From NCBI GenBank assembly GCA_029261895.1, contig JAJDAK010000067.1, positions 12,541-76,540 of the forward strand: a stretch of 64,000 nt of DNA. The letters are read 5' to 3'. Position 1 is the stretch's first letter. Each line of letters begins with the position of its first letter. Under the pieces are notes generated by a model that made no database searches, had not been told where the DNA came from, and worked only from the letters and a program-made list of their open reading frames with translations. Shown one piece after another: positions 41,950 through 52,128 of this stretch. Source of the stretch: Deltaproteobacteria bacterium (GTDB lineage Bacteria; Myxococcota_A; UBA9160; SZUA-336). The translations under genes and the position numbers were made by a program.

Positions 41950-44433
41950 ATGCCTGAAGACATACCACCAGAAGCAACTACAGCGATCCCGGTAAATATC
42001 GAAGATGAGATGCGCCGATCGTTTCTCGAGTATTCGATGTCTGTCATCATCAGTCGTGCGCTTCCGGACGTGCGCGATGGTCTCAAGCCTTCACAGCGTC
42101 GGATTCTCGTAACTTTCAACGATCTTAATCTGAGCAACGATCGGCCGTACCGTAAGTGCGCGAAGATCTCTGGTGACGTTTCGGGTAATTACCATCCGCA
42201 CGGTGAGGCGGTGATTTATCCCTCGCTCGTACGACTCGCTCAACCATTTGCGTTGCGCTACCCGCTGGTCGATGGCCAAGGGAACTTTGGTTCCATAGAC
42301 GGCGACCCACCCGCCGCCATGCGGTACACCGAAGCGCGCCTATCGAAGATTGCGTCGGAGATCCTCGCGGATCTAGGTCGTGAGACGGTCGACTTTGTTC
42401 CCAACTACGACAACACGCGCACCGAGCCAGTGGTTCTGCCGAGTCGGATACCGAATCTCGTCATCAACGGGTCGTCCGGGATCGCGGTGGGAATGGCGAC
42501 CAATATCCCACCCCACAATCTCCGCGAAGTCGTGGACGCTCTCGTTCTTTTGGCCCGAAGATCTGATGTATCACTGGATGAACTTTTAGAGGTACTTCCA
42601 GGTCCCGACTTCCCGACGGGGGCCACGATCTGTGGTCGCCACGGTATTCGCGATGCTTATCGCACGGGTCGTGGCTTGCTTGCGTGTCGTGCGAAGGCCG
42701 AGGTCGAAGAATCGAAATCCGGGAAGCGAGCCATCATCGTTACCGAGATTCCGTACATGGTCAACAAGGCGAGCATGATCGAAAAAATCGCCGACCTCGT
42801 ACGTGACGGGAAACTTGAGGGCATCGGTGACCTTCGCGATGAGTCGGATCGTCACGGCATGCGCGTGGTGATCGAACTTAAGCGAGACGCCAACGACGAC
42901 ATTCTTTTGAATCAGCTTTACAAGCTGACGCCGATGCAAACGACATTTGGCGTGAACCTATTGGCACTGGTCAATAAGCGGCCGCGCACGCTGCCGATGA
43001 TTGACATGCTAAATCACTTTCTCGAGTTCCGACGCGAAGTGGTGCGTCGACGCGCCGCATACGACCTGCGTCAGGCGGAAGATCGAGCCCACGTCTTAGA
43101 GGGCTTCGCGAAAGCGCTCGATAACCTGGATGCAGTCATCTCGCTGATTCGCTCGAGTGCGGGTCCTGCCGAAGCGCGCGAAGGTCTCATCAGCACCTTT
43201 GAGTTTTCGGAACGGCAGGCGCAGTCCATATTGGAGTTGAGACTTCAGCGACTGACCGCGATGGAACGTCAGCGGATCCTCGATGACCTGGCGGAGATCC
43301 GCGCGCTGATCGAGCGGCTGAAATCACTACTCGCGAGCGACGACAAAGTCACGGATGTCATTGTTGAAGAACTCGAGGAGATCAAGGAAAAATACGGAGA
43401 TGCGCGCCGAACCGAGCTCGGGGAAGCGGTGGGAAGCCTCACGAACGAGGACTTGATTGTCGAAGAAGAGATGATCGTTACCGTGACGCATCGGGGTTAC
43501 GCGAAGCGGAATACGCCGGATCTTTATCGTGCGCAGCGCCGCGGCGGCAAGGGCAAAAAAGGCATGGGGACCAAGGACGAAGACTTCGTCACGCGGGTCT
43601 TCGCGGCCTCGACGCATGCCTATCTACTGTTGTTTACCAATCGTGGCCGGATTCATTGGCTGAAGGTCTTCGAACTGCCACAACTCGCCCGCAGCGCGAA
43701 AGGCAAGGCCCTGGTCAACATGCTGGGCTTAGCCGAAGGCGAGCGTGTTTCCGAGATCCTACCCGTTCGCAGTTTCGACGAGGGTGGCTTCGTCGTGCTT
43801 GCGACGCGCAGCGGCCTGATTAAGAAGACCGCACTCGAATCGTATTCGAGCCCGCGTCGTGGTGGTATTATCGCGATCAACCTCAACGAAGGTGATGAGT
43901 TGATTGGTGCCGCACGCGCAAGCGGTCAGGAAGAAATTCTTGTCGCTACCGCGCAGGGCAAGTCGATTCGGTTCAACGAGTCGCAGGTGCGGGCGATGGG
44001 ACGGGCCGCGGCCGGCGTGCGTTCAATATCTACCAAGGGCGATGATCAGGCGGTCGGCATGGAAGTACTGCGCCCAGGTGCAACGATTTTGACACTAACA
44101 GCGAACGGTTTTGGCAAGCGTTCGCCGCTCGAAGACTACCGTGAGCAGAATCGCGGCGGCCAGGGCATCATTACAATCAAGACCACCAATCGGAACGGAC
44201 CGGTGGTCGGTATTCTCCAGGTTACCGATGACGACGAAATCATGTTGATCAGTAGTGGGGGTAAAATTCTCCGACTACGTGTCGACGGAATTCCAACCAT
44301 GGGTCGAAATACGCAGGGTGTGCGCTTGATGGAGGCCGAAGTCGAGGAACGTGTGGTATCGATCGCGCGTTTGGCGGAAGACGTCGACGATCCACAGGCG
44401 CTCGAGAGCGAGGAATCGACCGCGGACGCCTAA
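41950..44433 (+). CDS. gyrA: DNA gyrase subunit A
   Basis: The N-terminal block reads IISRALPDVRDGLKPSQRRIL and AAMRYTEARL. C-terminal beta-pinwheel repeats and an acidic tail are present. Confidence 0.95.
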   Translation: MPEDIPPEATTAIPVNIEDEMRRSFLEYSMSVIISRALPDVRDGLKPSQRRILVTFNDLNLSNDRPYRKCAKISGDVSGNYHPHGEAVIYPSLVRLAQPFALRYPLVDGQGNFGSIDGDPPAAMRYTEARLSKIASEILADLGRETVDFVPNYDNTRTEPVVLPSRIPNLVINGSSGIAVGMATNIPPHNLREVVDALVLLARRSDVSLDELLEVLPGPDFPTGATICGRHGIRDAYRTGRGLLACRAKAEVEESKSGKRAIIVTEIPYMVNKASMIEKIADLVRDGKLEGIGDLRDESDRHGMRVVIELKRDANDDILLNQLYKLTPMQTTFGVNLLALVNKRPRTLPMIDMLNHFLEFRREVVRRRAAYDLRQAEDRAHVLEGFAKALDNLDAVISLIRSSAGPAEAREGLISTFEFSERQAQSILELRLQRLTAMERQRILDDLAEIRALIERLKSLLASDDKVTDVIVEELEEIKEKYGDARRTELGEAVGSLTNEDLIVEEEMIVTVTHRGYAKRNTPDLYRAQRRGGKGKKGMGTKDEDFVTRVFAASTHAYLLLFTNRGRIHWLKVFELPQLARSAKGKALVNMLGLAEGERVSEILPVRSFDEGGFVVLATRSGLIKKTALESYSSPRRGGIIAINLNEGDELIGAARASGQEEILVATAQGKSIRFNESQVRAMGRAAAGVRSISTKGDDQAVGMEVLRPGATILTLTANGFGKRSPLEDYREQNRGGQGIITIKTTNRNGPVVGILQVTDDDEIMLISSGGKILRLRVDGIPTMGRNTQGVRLMEAEVEERVVSIARLAEDVDDPQALESEESTADA

Positions 44434-44435
44434 TT

Positions 44436-45721
44436 TGCGCACCGCTCAATCGAAAAAACTCATGCGCCGAGCCCGTGAGGTCATACCTGGCGGGGTCAAT
44501 AGCCCGGTGCGTGCATTCGGGTCGGTCGGGGGTACTGCGCGCTTCATCAAGTCGGCGACGGGCGCACGGATTCGGGATGTCGACGACAACCGCTACCTTG
44601 ACTACGTAGCGTCGTGGGGTGCGGTCCTTGTTGGACACGCGCATCCGCGCGTGGTTGATGCGGTACGCTCCGCGGCTGCACGCGGCACAAGTTTCGGCGC
44701 ACCTACGGAAGCGGAAGTCTTGCTCGCGGAACGTGTGATCGAATTCGTTCCGTCGGTTGAGATGATTCGCTTTGTGAACTCGGGTACCGAAGCCGTGATG
44801 AGCGCGGTACGACTCGCACGCGGTGCGACCGGTCGCGATAAGATCATAAAATTCGAAGGCTGTTATCACGGACACGGCGATAGTTTGCTCGCGGCGGCGG
44901 GATCTGGAGTGGCGACGCTGGGAATTCCAGGGACGCGCGGTGTTCCTGAAGCCGCTGTGCGCGACACGATCGTGGTTCCGTACAACGATCTCGATGCGGT
45001 CGAGAATGCGTTTCTTCAACACAGTGATGGCATCGCGGCGGTGATCGTCGAGCCAATCGCGGCGAATATGGGGATGGTCTCTCCGCGGCCTGGGTTTCTC
45101 GAAGGTCTGCGAAGTCTCTGCGACACCTATGACGCAGTGTTGATCTTCGACGAGGTGATCACAGGTTTCCGCGTCGCGCGCGGCGGCGCGCAGGGTCGTC
45201 TCGGTGTGGTCCCAGACTTATCCACATTTGGGAAAGTAATCGGGGGTGGCCTCCCGGTCGGTGCCTATGGGGGCCGTCGGGATCTGATGCGACACATCGC
45301 GCCCGAGGGGGAAGTCTTCCAGGCTGGAACCCTATCCGGGAATCCGCTCGCCACCGCTGCTGGCTTGGCGGTGCTTGAACTGCTGGATGAAGATGGGGTC
45401 TATGACGCGCTCGAGCAGCGGTCACGACGAATATCCGAGGGTCTGCAATCCCAGGCCGATGCTGCCGGGGTCCCGATGACGATCGATTCAGCGGGTGGGG
45501 TTTTCGGATTCTTCTTTCATCCCGGGCCTGTACGGAACTATGAAGACGTCCAGAAAGCGGATGGAAAACGCTACGAGACGTTTTTTCACGGCATGCTCGA
45601 TCAGGGCGTCTACTTCGCCCCGTCCGCATTTGAGGTCGCGTTTGTCACCACCGTCCACTCGCTGGCCGATGAGGATGAGACGCTTGAGGCCGCCCGCCGT
45701 GTATTTCGGAAGGGTCTTTAA
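44436..45721 (+). CDS. hemL: Glutamate-1-semialdehyde 2,1-aminomutase. The start is TTG at 44436 or ATG at 44463.
   Basis: AREVIPGGVNSPVRAF is a typical HemL N-terminus. A PLP lysine region is present. Confidence 0.85.
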
Positions 45722-45723
45722 GT

Positions 45724-45981
45724 ATGGCAGCGCGAACACCTTCTGGCGCATCGTGGGGGCGTGCCCTGGATCTGGGTCTACAGTTCGCGTTCTCCATTGT
45801 GGTGGGTATGGCGCTTGGGTACTATCTCGACCGCTGGCTCGAAACCGAGCCGGTATTTTTGTTTGTATTTCTGGGCTTCGGGTTTGCCGCTGGGGTCCGG
45901 GCGCTATTTCGATTCGCACGCCGATCAGCGTCGGACGAAACTGCGGGGCAAGACGAATCTGATAGCGATAGTTCTGTATGA
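45724..45981 (+). CDS. AtpZ-like small membrane protein that precedes atp genes (ATPase_gene1 family)
   Basis: An 85-aa protein with two transmembrane segments, LGLQFAFSIVVGMALGYYLDRWL. It lies immediately upstream of atpI and atpB. Confidence 0.5.
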   Translation: MAARTPSGASWGRALDLGLQFAFSIVVGMALGYYLDRWLETEPVFLFVFLGFGFAAGVRALFRFARRSASDETAGQDESDSDSSV

Positions 45982-46349
45982 AGCCGCTCCTATCGATTCA
46001 TCAAAAGAACGCCCTCATCCTTGGCATCGTCCTCTTGGGAATGACGCCATTCGGATGGGCCGCGGTTAAGGCCGCAGCGCTAGGCGGTGGGATGCAAATC
46101 TTGAATTTACGCGGACTCGAACGGAGTGTAGTGGGTATGTTGGGCCTAGCGGTTGCTGGGCAGTCCACCGCTGCGCGCGCGTTGATCACGCTCCGCTGGA
46201 TCTTTTTATTCGGCGCGATCGCCGCCGTTCTGTTTCTGGCCGAGATTGAGCCAATTGCGTTTATTACTGGACTATCGATTCTTGTGCCTACCGTGATTTG
46301 GCATGGCTTAGAAGACGCGCGACTTCAACACCACAATAGTGAGTTCTAA
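45978..46349 (+). CDS. atpI: ATP synthase protein I-like membrane protein
   Basis: A 123-aa polytopic membrane protein between atpZ and atpB. Confidence 0.5.
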   Translation: MKPLLSIHQKNALILGIVLLGMTPFGWAAVKAAALGGGMQILNLRGLERSVVGMLGLAVAGQSTAARALITLRWIFLFGAIAAVLFLAEIEPIAFITGLSILVPTVIWHGLEDARLQHHNSEF

Positions 46350-46351
46350 CG

Positions 46352-47047
46352 GTGGTCCACGTCCCCACGATATTCGATTGGCTCGCAACCATGCACATCC
46401 CTGCACCCGTAGCGACGGTCGCTCTCACGCTGATTCTTGTACTGCTCGCCAGCTGGGCCATTCGCGGATCGGTTGCGCGTGACGAGGGCGTGGTTCCGTC
46501 GGAGAAGTTCACCTTCCGCAACGTGATGGAAATTCTCTGCGAAGGTATGGTGGATCAGATGCGACAGACCATCGGTCCCGATTGGCCACGTTTTGCACCG
46601 TTGGTCCTCACCTTGGGGTTCTTTATTCTCGTATCGAATCTGATGGGTCTAGTCCCAGGGCTTACAGGGCCGACGGGTTTTATCGATACCAACCTCGCTT
46701 GGGCAGGTCTCTCCTTCGTGACGTACAACGTCGCGGGATTGCAAAAGCATGGCGTGGCCTATCTGAAGCATTTCCTGGGCCCGATCCCGTGGCTTGCACC
46801 GTTGATGTTGCCGATCGAACTCGTTAGCCATGCGGCTCGGCTGCTTTCGCTCACCGTGCGACTCACCGCGAATATGTTTGCGGATCACACACTGGTGGCG
46901 ATCTTCTTGTCTTTCCCTGCAGTGATCGCGGTTGCGGTACCGTGGTTGGTGATGGGTTTGGGCCTGTTTGTTGCCTTTTTACAGGCATTTATTTTCGCGT
47001 ACTTAACTGTGGTTTATATCGGGCTGGCGGTTGAAGACCATCACTAG
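46352..47047 (+). CDS. atpB: F0 ATP synthase subunit a
   Basis: LSLTVRLTANMFADHTL carries the conserved Arg of subunit a. Confidence 0.85.
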   Translation: MVHVPTIFDWLATMHIPAPVATVALTLILVLLASWAIRGSVARDEGVVPSEKFTFRNVMEILCEGMVDQMRQTIGPDWPRFAPLVLTLGFFILVSNLMGLVPGLTGPTGFIDTNLAWAGLSFVTYNVAGLQKHGVAYLKHFLGPIPWLAPLMLPIELVSHAARLLSLTVRLTANMFADHTLVAIFLSFPAVIAVAVPWLVMGLGLFVAFLQAFIFAYLTVVYIGLAVEDHH

Positions 47048-47077
47048 TCCAGTTTGTCTTTAGGAGGAAGAATCAAG

Positions 47078-47389
47078 ATGCGAGTTCTCTGGTGTTTGAC
47101 ATTTGTATTAGTGGCGCTGATCGCGCCGGATTTAGCTCTTGCCGAGGATGGCACGGGCGGTTCAGGTACATGGGGCATCGGTCTCGGTGCCGGACTAGCC
47201 ATTGGTCTCGCCGGATTGGGCTGTGGTCTGGGTCAGGGCAACGCGGCCGGAAATGCGGTGCAGGGCATTGCGCGTAATCCTGGCGCGGCCGGTCAAATTC
47301 AGACGCCGATGATTATCGGTCTCGCGCTTATCGAGTCGATCGCGCTCTATGGGCTGGTGATCGGCATCATGCTTTTGAACAAAATCTAG
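47078..47389 (+). CDS. atpE: F0 ATP synthase subunit c, with an N-terminal extension of about 30 aa
   Basis: GLGCGLGQGNAAGNAVQGIARNPGAAGQIQTPMIIGLALIESIALYGLVI is a c-subunit hairpin with the conserved acidic residue. An AGGAGG ribosome-binding site lies 8 nt upstream of the ATG at 47078. Confidence 0.85.
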   Translation: MRVLWCLTFVLVALIAPDLALAEDGTGGSGTWGIGLGAGLAIGLAGLGCGLGQGNAAGNAVQGIARNPGAAGQIQTPMIIGLALIESIALYGLVIGIMLLNKI

Positions 47390-47392
47390 GCT

Positions 47393-48262
47393 CTACTCGG
47401 CCGAGACCTCAACTCGGTAGCGTTGCCGTATCGCGGCCAGTGCTTGGTCGTTCCGTGGTGAGTTTGGAATCCGGGTCACGTTTGGTGGCCCGGATTCTTT
47501 GCGTTCATGAATCCACACCGCATGCAGTCCGTACGCCGATGCCACGGGTCCGATCCACGTGTTCAACTCCGCGCCCGCGAGGGCGTCGAGAAAACCTTGG
47601 CCGAATCTTGATGCCAACTTTCGCTCGGTGAGTTTGGGTTGATCCGGTTTATAGAGCGACGGATCGCTGAGTTCATGCGCGGCCTGGGGCGCGAGGTTCT
47701 CTCCGCGTAGCTTTTCGAGCAGCATCGTGGCGTCGGTCTCCAGCGCCTCCCCCCGCTTATCCCGACTCAGAAAAATCTGGGTGACGTGTACTTGCCCTGA
47801 CGCATTTCCAGCTTGATGAACGGGCAAGGGCGGTAACGGCTTCGCCGTTGCCGCCCTTGCCCGTTGCAACAGTCGTCGTCGTACCACGATGTCGGTGCGG
47901 TGCATGCCGAGCGCTCGAGCTTTCTGGTAGAGCTCCGCATGGCTCAGGCGTAGTTCGGGTTCGAGAAAGCGCATGTTCTGCACCAGGCGTCGATAGATCA
48001 CGGGATCGTTCTGATCCCAACCGAGACGTAACGCTTCGCGGAAAAGCATCTCGTCATCGCCGTAGGTCTGAATGGCTGCTTCTAACTCTGACTCCGTAGG
48101 CGCGCGCCCCATCTGCTTGCGCCACTCCCTACGAATCTCTTCAAGCTCGGTGGCAAGGATGACGATCGTTTCAATCTCAGGGGGGTTCCACTGCCGCTCG
48201 ATCGTAAAAAGCAGCCCGCCGACCGCGAGAAAAACCAAAAGAGGTTTCAGGGCCGATACCAA
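47393..48262 (-). CDS. Membrane-anchored parvulin-type (PpiC) peptidyl-prolyl isomerase-like protein
   Basis: An N-terminal transmembrane segment. The C-terminal GPVASAYGLHAVWIHERK resembles the parvulin GPV.S.FGYHII motif. Confidence 0.45.
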   Translation of the reverse strand: MVSALKPLLVFLAVGGLLFTIERQWNPPEIETIVILATELEEIRREWRKQMGRAPTESELEAAIQTYGDDEMLFREALRLGWDQNDPVIYRRLVQNMRFLEPELRLSHAELYQKARALGMHRTDIVVRRRLLQRARAATAKPLPPLPVHQAGNASGQVHVTQIFLSRDKRGEALETDATMLLEKLRGENLAPQAAHELSDPSLYKPDQPKLTERKLASRFGQGFLDALAGAELNTWIGPVASAYGLHAVWIHERKESGPPNVTRIPNSPRNDQALAAIRQRYRVEVSAE

Positions 48263-50019
48263 ATCGGTGAACTCCAGGCGCGTTCCTGAATCAGTTTCGG
48301 AACGTCGGCATCGCAGCAGTAGTCGAGGTCTTCCTCGAGATCGTCGGGTTCTTCACAGGCAATTTTCTTGTCTTCACAGTAAAGCGTAGACCAACGTTTT
48401 GTGGGAATTTCCATGACTCGGGTGTAGTAGAAGGCATGTTGCGCGGCGTTGAACTCGGGATCGACCCAGAATGCACAACTCGTATTCCCGCTACCCGCGA
48501 TGTCGTAGACTTTCTCGTGCAGCGCGTCACCGTCCGTCCAACCTTTAATAATCTGGATTCGGTCGAGCGCTGCACCGTCGGGATCGCGCATCGCGCTTAC
48601 GACAAAACGTGGTGCTGCCGATGTGGCTTCCGGAAGTACCCCGCCCATCGGTACGCCCTGCTTGTAGCCGGACTCTACCAAGTGGCTCGAGCTGCATAGG
48701 TCAGCGTCGTAGTCCCAACCGCCAAAGAAACGCAGCAGAATGCGGGGTCCGCTCGTGCCGTAGGCTTCGCGTCGTTTCATTGCGGTGAAGAGTGATTCGC
48801 GCGTGTTCTGCTCCGCCCAAAGCACCGCGAGACCCCCGGGATTGTAATCTGGTCGATCCACGAAGCCGGGTGGCAATGACTCGCGCGCGGGTTTTCCTGC
48901 GCCACCGTGCCCCGGAAAATCCGCGGTCTCCGCGACATAACCTGGAGTTCCCAGGTGGGTATCGGTCGATGCGATCATGCCGAATTCAAACGGATTGATA
49001 CCCAGCTCCGCATCGAGTTTGAGCCCCGTCTTGAGTGCGCTCCGTGCGTAACTGCCCACGGACGGCGGTTGATTGAGGAACGGCACAAACTGTCCCATGA
49101 AACTCGTCGCTGTGAGTTTCTCGAAACCGCAGAGCTCATCGGTGGAGCCGAGGCCAGGGCTACATTCCGAATCACCCTTATGCTGCATCACTTCAACCAA
49201 TGGCTCTAGCGAAGCACGCATCGCCGCGGTCTCTGCGGTGGCGGGGCTTTTAAAAATCAAACCCCCGCTGAGGTTCGAGTTATGCGGAATAATGACCGCA
49301 TCGCAGCCGGTTTCAGCTTCCGTGCATTCGTTGCGAATACGCGTCCAAATCTCTTCGGGGTTCCGCACTTCGAAGTTGGATACCGGCAGCTTCTGCACCT
49401 GCTCGTTCCTGAAGATCACGTTGCGGTGCATGTTTTTACCGCCGGGCGCACCGGTGATTTCGTAACCGACAAAAGTCGTGAACGAACAGGGGTCGTCGAA
49501 TTTCTTCGCCGCACTTTGAATTCTTTGCCACGGCCGACTGGCGTATTTCAAACAGTGTTCGCCGTTGTCACCGCAAAAACCATGGCGCGTGGGTTCTTCG
49601 GGATAGGCGGCGTTCGTATGCATGATGAAAAACGCGGCCCGTGGCCAGCTGCGATAAATCTTACAGACCCACGAGGTGTAGCCTTCGAGCTCCGGGTCCG
49701 TGCAGATTTCGAGCTCACCGAGCATTTCCGCGTGATCCGTCACCGAGGTGAAATCCAAGGGCTGCTTCAGCTGCAAACTACGCATCGGACGATCGTTGGG
49801 GTCGTAGGGTTGAATGCCTACGCGTGCGCCGCGCGCGAAAAGATAGGCGTCGCGTGGTCCGTTACGTGTCCCCATCGTGGCTGCGTCCAAGGAAAGCGCC
49901 GTATGGACATGAAGGTCGCCGAAATGTGCCGTTCTATGCGGGTTGTAATCCGGACATCGCCCGGCCCGGGCCATGGTCGACATCGAGAGCGCAAGCGCGA
50001 TCAGTAGGAGGAAACGCAT
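48247..50019 (-). CDS. Secreted DUF3604-like metal-dependent hydrolase (PHP-like HxH site)
   Basis: A signal peptide MRFLLLIALALSMSTMARA is followed by FGDLHVHTALSLDA. The protein is Cys-rich. Confidence 0.45.
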   Translation of the reverse strand: MRFLLLIALALSMSTMARAGRCPDYNPHRTAHFGDLHVHTALSLDAATMGTRNGPRDAYLFARGARVGIQPYDPNDRPMRSLQLKQPLDFTSVTDHAEMLGELEICTDPELEGYTSWVCKIYRSWPRAAFFIMHTNAAYPEEPTRHGFCGDNGEHCLKYASRPWQRIQSAAKKFDDPCSFTTFVGYEITGAPGGKNMHRNVIFRNEQVQKLPVSNFEVRNPEEIWTRIRNECTEAETGCDAVIIPHNSNLSGGLIFKSPATAETAAMRASLEPLVEVMQHKGDSECSPGLGSTDELCGFEKLTATSFMGQFVPFLNQPPSVGSYARSALKTGLKLDAELGINPFEFGMIASTDTHLGTPGYVAETADFPGHGGAGKPARESLPPGFVDRPDYNPGGLAVLWAEQNTRESLFTAMKRREAYGTSGPRILLRFFGGWDYDADLCSSSHLVESGYKQGVPMGGVLPEATSAAPRFVVSAMRDPDGAALDRIQIIKGWTDGDALHEKVYDIAGSGNTSCAFWVDPEFNAAQHAFYYTRVMEIPTKRWSTLYCEDKKIACEEPDDLEEDLDYCCDADVPKLIQERAWSSPIWYRP

Positions 50020-50028
50020 CCTCCCTAT

Positions 50029-50457
50029 TTACCACGTCGCACCGCCAAAGAGGCGGGTGGCCCAAAATGCGAGTCGACAGCGCCAGGCCGCCACTCCCTC
50101 TTCGCGCATGATGGCCTTGAAGAGCCAATCGGTTTCTTCCCGGCTGTACGCGCGGGGCGGTTCAATGGCTCCGAGCGGTGGATTGCCCTGATGCCGATAT
50201 AGGAAGTCGTGAATCAACGGCGCCACGACCGATAGTTCGAACGGCGAAATGACCCACCAGAAAACGCGCGGTACCGAAGCCAGGTCGAATACAAACCCCT
50301 GCGGAATTTCGATGCGGAACGCACCTGCTTGATAACGATATGCTGCTTCGAGACGCCAGCGCTCCTCCTCGGTGAGATAACTTAGAACAGGCGCGGATAA
50401 CCCAGATCGCGGAATCGCAACCGCCTCTTTTCGCAGCGCCTTGATCCACTCATTCAC
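50029..50457 (-). CDS. DUF1353 domain protein
   Basis: FVFDLASVPRVFWW ... HDFLYR matches the DUF1353 signature. Confidence 0.5.
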   Translation of the reverse strand: MNEWIKALRKEAVAIPRSGLSAPVLSYLTEEERWRLEAAYRYQAGAFRIEIPQGFVFDLASVPRVFWWVISPFELSVVAPLIHDFLYRHQGNPPLGAIEPPRAYSREETDWLFKAIMREEGVAAWRCRLAFWATRLFGGATW

Positions 50458-50680
50458 GATGCTCCTCCAGTGATAACTCCTCGATCAGAACTTCGATACG
50501 TCGCATGCCTTTGCGGAAGTTAGCACGTGAATAGACGTCCACCGCGGGTCTGGTGTAGGTTCACTGGCGATGATGCGCTTGGAAGAAAACGCTCAAAACG
50601 TTGGCATGCGTCTTGCCTTGTTATCCGGCTGCTTGCTGGAGATCGCCATTACGGGACCGGTGATCTGCGGCGGGCTTTTG

Positions 50681-50749
50681 CCGGATGGGGAATGGGGTAA
50701 GGCGTGCGGTTAACGGGGTGAGGCGTACGCTGTCCCCATCCGGTTTTTT
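50681..50749 (+). terminator. Hairpin (CCGGATGGGG ... CCCCATCCGG) followed by T6, overlapping the annotated tmk start. The loop contains the tandem repeat GGGGTAAGGCGT / GGGGTGAGGCGT.
   Basis: Ten-bp complementary arms at 50681-50690 and 50734-50743. TTTTTT lies at 50744-50749. Confidence 0.4.
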
Positions 50750-51335
50750 CGTCGTGCTCGAGGGTATCGATGGTGCGGGAAAGTCCGAGCAGTCGCGCCG
50801 CTTGGCAGCATGGTTCGCGTCACGCGGCGAATCCGTTGTGCAGACCTTCGAACCCACGGATGGGCCGTGGGGCCGCAAGTATCGTGCGTGGGCCAAGGGC
50901 GAATTCGAAGCCACGGCGGATCAGGTCTTGGAATTTTTCGCGCTCGACCGTCGCGAGCATGTCGACACGCTGATCAAGCCAGCGTTGGCTGCGGGCGATA
51001 CGGTTGTTTGCGATCGCTACATCGCGTCGACGTTGGCTTACCAAGCGGCTCAGGGGATTGATCGCGAGCGGGTCGCAGCGGCGATGGAGAAATACGATTT
51101 TCCCCAGCCCAACCTGGTGCTTTGGCTGCGCTTACCCGTCGAAACCGCAGTCGGACGTATGGGTGCCGAGCGCGAACGTTTCGAGCGCGCAGCGTTTCTG
51201 GAGAAGGTCGATGCGGAGTACGAACGCCTCGGCTTGGATCCTTTGGATGCGTCTGGCGATGTCGATACAGTGACGGTGCAGATTACCGAGCGGGTCGAGC
51301 GCGAACTTACGGAGTGTCGTGCTCGAAACTCGTAA
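50685..51335 (+). CDS. tmk: Thymidylate (dTMP) kinase. The true start may be GTG near 50757.
   Basis: VVLEGIDGAGKSEQSRRLAAW is the P-loop. DRY is followed by the lid region. Confidence 0.85.
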   Translation: MGNGVRRAVNGVRRTLSPSGFFVVLEGIDGAGKSEQSRRLAAWFASRGESVVQTFEPTDGPWGRKYRAWAKGEFEATADQVLEFFALDRREHVDTLIKPALAAGDTVVCDRYIASTLAYQAAQGIDRERVAAAMEKYDFPQPNLVLWLRLPVETAVGRMGAERERFERAAFLEKVDAEYERLGLDPLDASGDVDTVTVQITERVERELTECRARNS

Positions 51336-52128
51336 GCGTATCCTCCGGCTTTTCGTGAATCACCAAGCGTAACCCGATGCCGGTCAGCAGTGCCGCGGGT
51401 GCAAGAAACCCAAACGGGGTGTGGGGGACACTCAGGTCGTCGAACCCCGGAATATTCCAGAAATCGGATAGGCCACCCACGGTCGCGACGCCGAAAAGCA
51501 TGTGAACCACGATGCAGGGCCAGAGCGAACGTCCGCTCCCACGAAGAATTCCCAGCACAATCGCTTGGCAGAAAACAACAGCAACACCGACCGTCGGAAA
51601 CGCGAGTACATTGAGTGCAGCGGTAAGCAAAATACCACGAACACGACTGGTCGCACGCACGAGTGAAGGTTGCAGCGCACCCCGGAAGAAGAGTTCTTGC
51701 ATCACGGGCAACGCGATTACAAAGACCAAGCCATACTCTATGACCGTGAGCCAGGTTTCTGGCGTCCCCATGCCTTCGTTCTCGGGAACTTCGGGGAAGA
51801 GGGGTCGAATCCAATTATCGAGTTCGCTTGCGAGCAGCATCGATGGTACGAGCAGGATGGCGCCCGTCCAAAGTGTGCGAGAGGCGTTGAAAAAGCCGAG
51901 TGTGATCGAGGGTGGAGGTGGAATCCGCGGCGCAGTCAGCGCGATGCCAATGCCGAAGGCAATGACTGTGCCGATACCGACCGCGCCGAAAACATTCCCG
52001 GGGCTGAGCGCAATAACCGTCGCAACCGCGAACACCAGGGTGAATGCGACCACCATCGTAACGAAGAATGCGAAGCCCGGTCCGATGGGCTCAGGGTCTT
52101 CGTGGGGTGATTCGTCGCCTGGAATCAT
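51307..52128 (-). CDS. CPBP-family (CAAX/Abi) intramembrane metalloprotease
   Basis: [10 protein letters not shown] is the EExxxR-type motif. A polytopic membrane protein. Confidence 0.6.
   Translation of the reverse strand: MIPGDESPHEDPEPIGPGFAFFVTMVVAFTLVFAVATVIALSPGNVFGAVGIGTVIAFGIGIALTAPRIPPPPSITLGFFNASRTLWTGAILLVPSMLLASELDNWIRPLFPEVPENEGMGTPETWLTVIEYGLVFVIALPVMQELFFRGALQPSLVRATSRVRGILLTAALNVLAFPTVGVAVVFCQAIVLGILRGSGRSLWPCIVVHMLFGVATVGGLSDFWNIPGFDDLSVPHTPFGFLAPAALLTGIGLRLVIHEKPEDTLTSFEHDTP

Noticed and set aside
49282-50007. 241-aa plus-strand ORF antisense to the DUF3604 gene. Similar long antisense ORFs lie at 51512-52135, 20044-20628 and 27327-28022.
   Set aside because: All lie opposite better-supported genes and have no features. 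They are listed only to record that they were considered.
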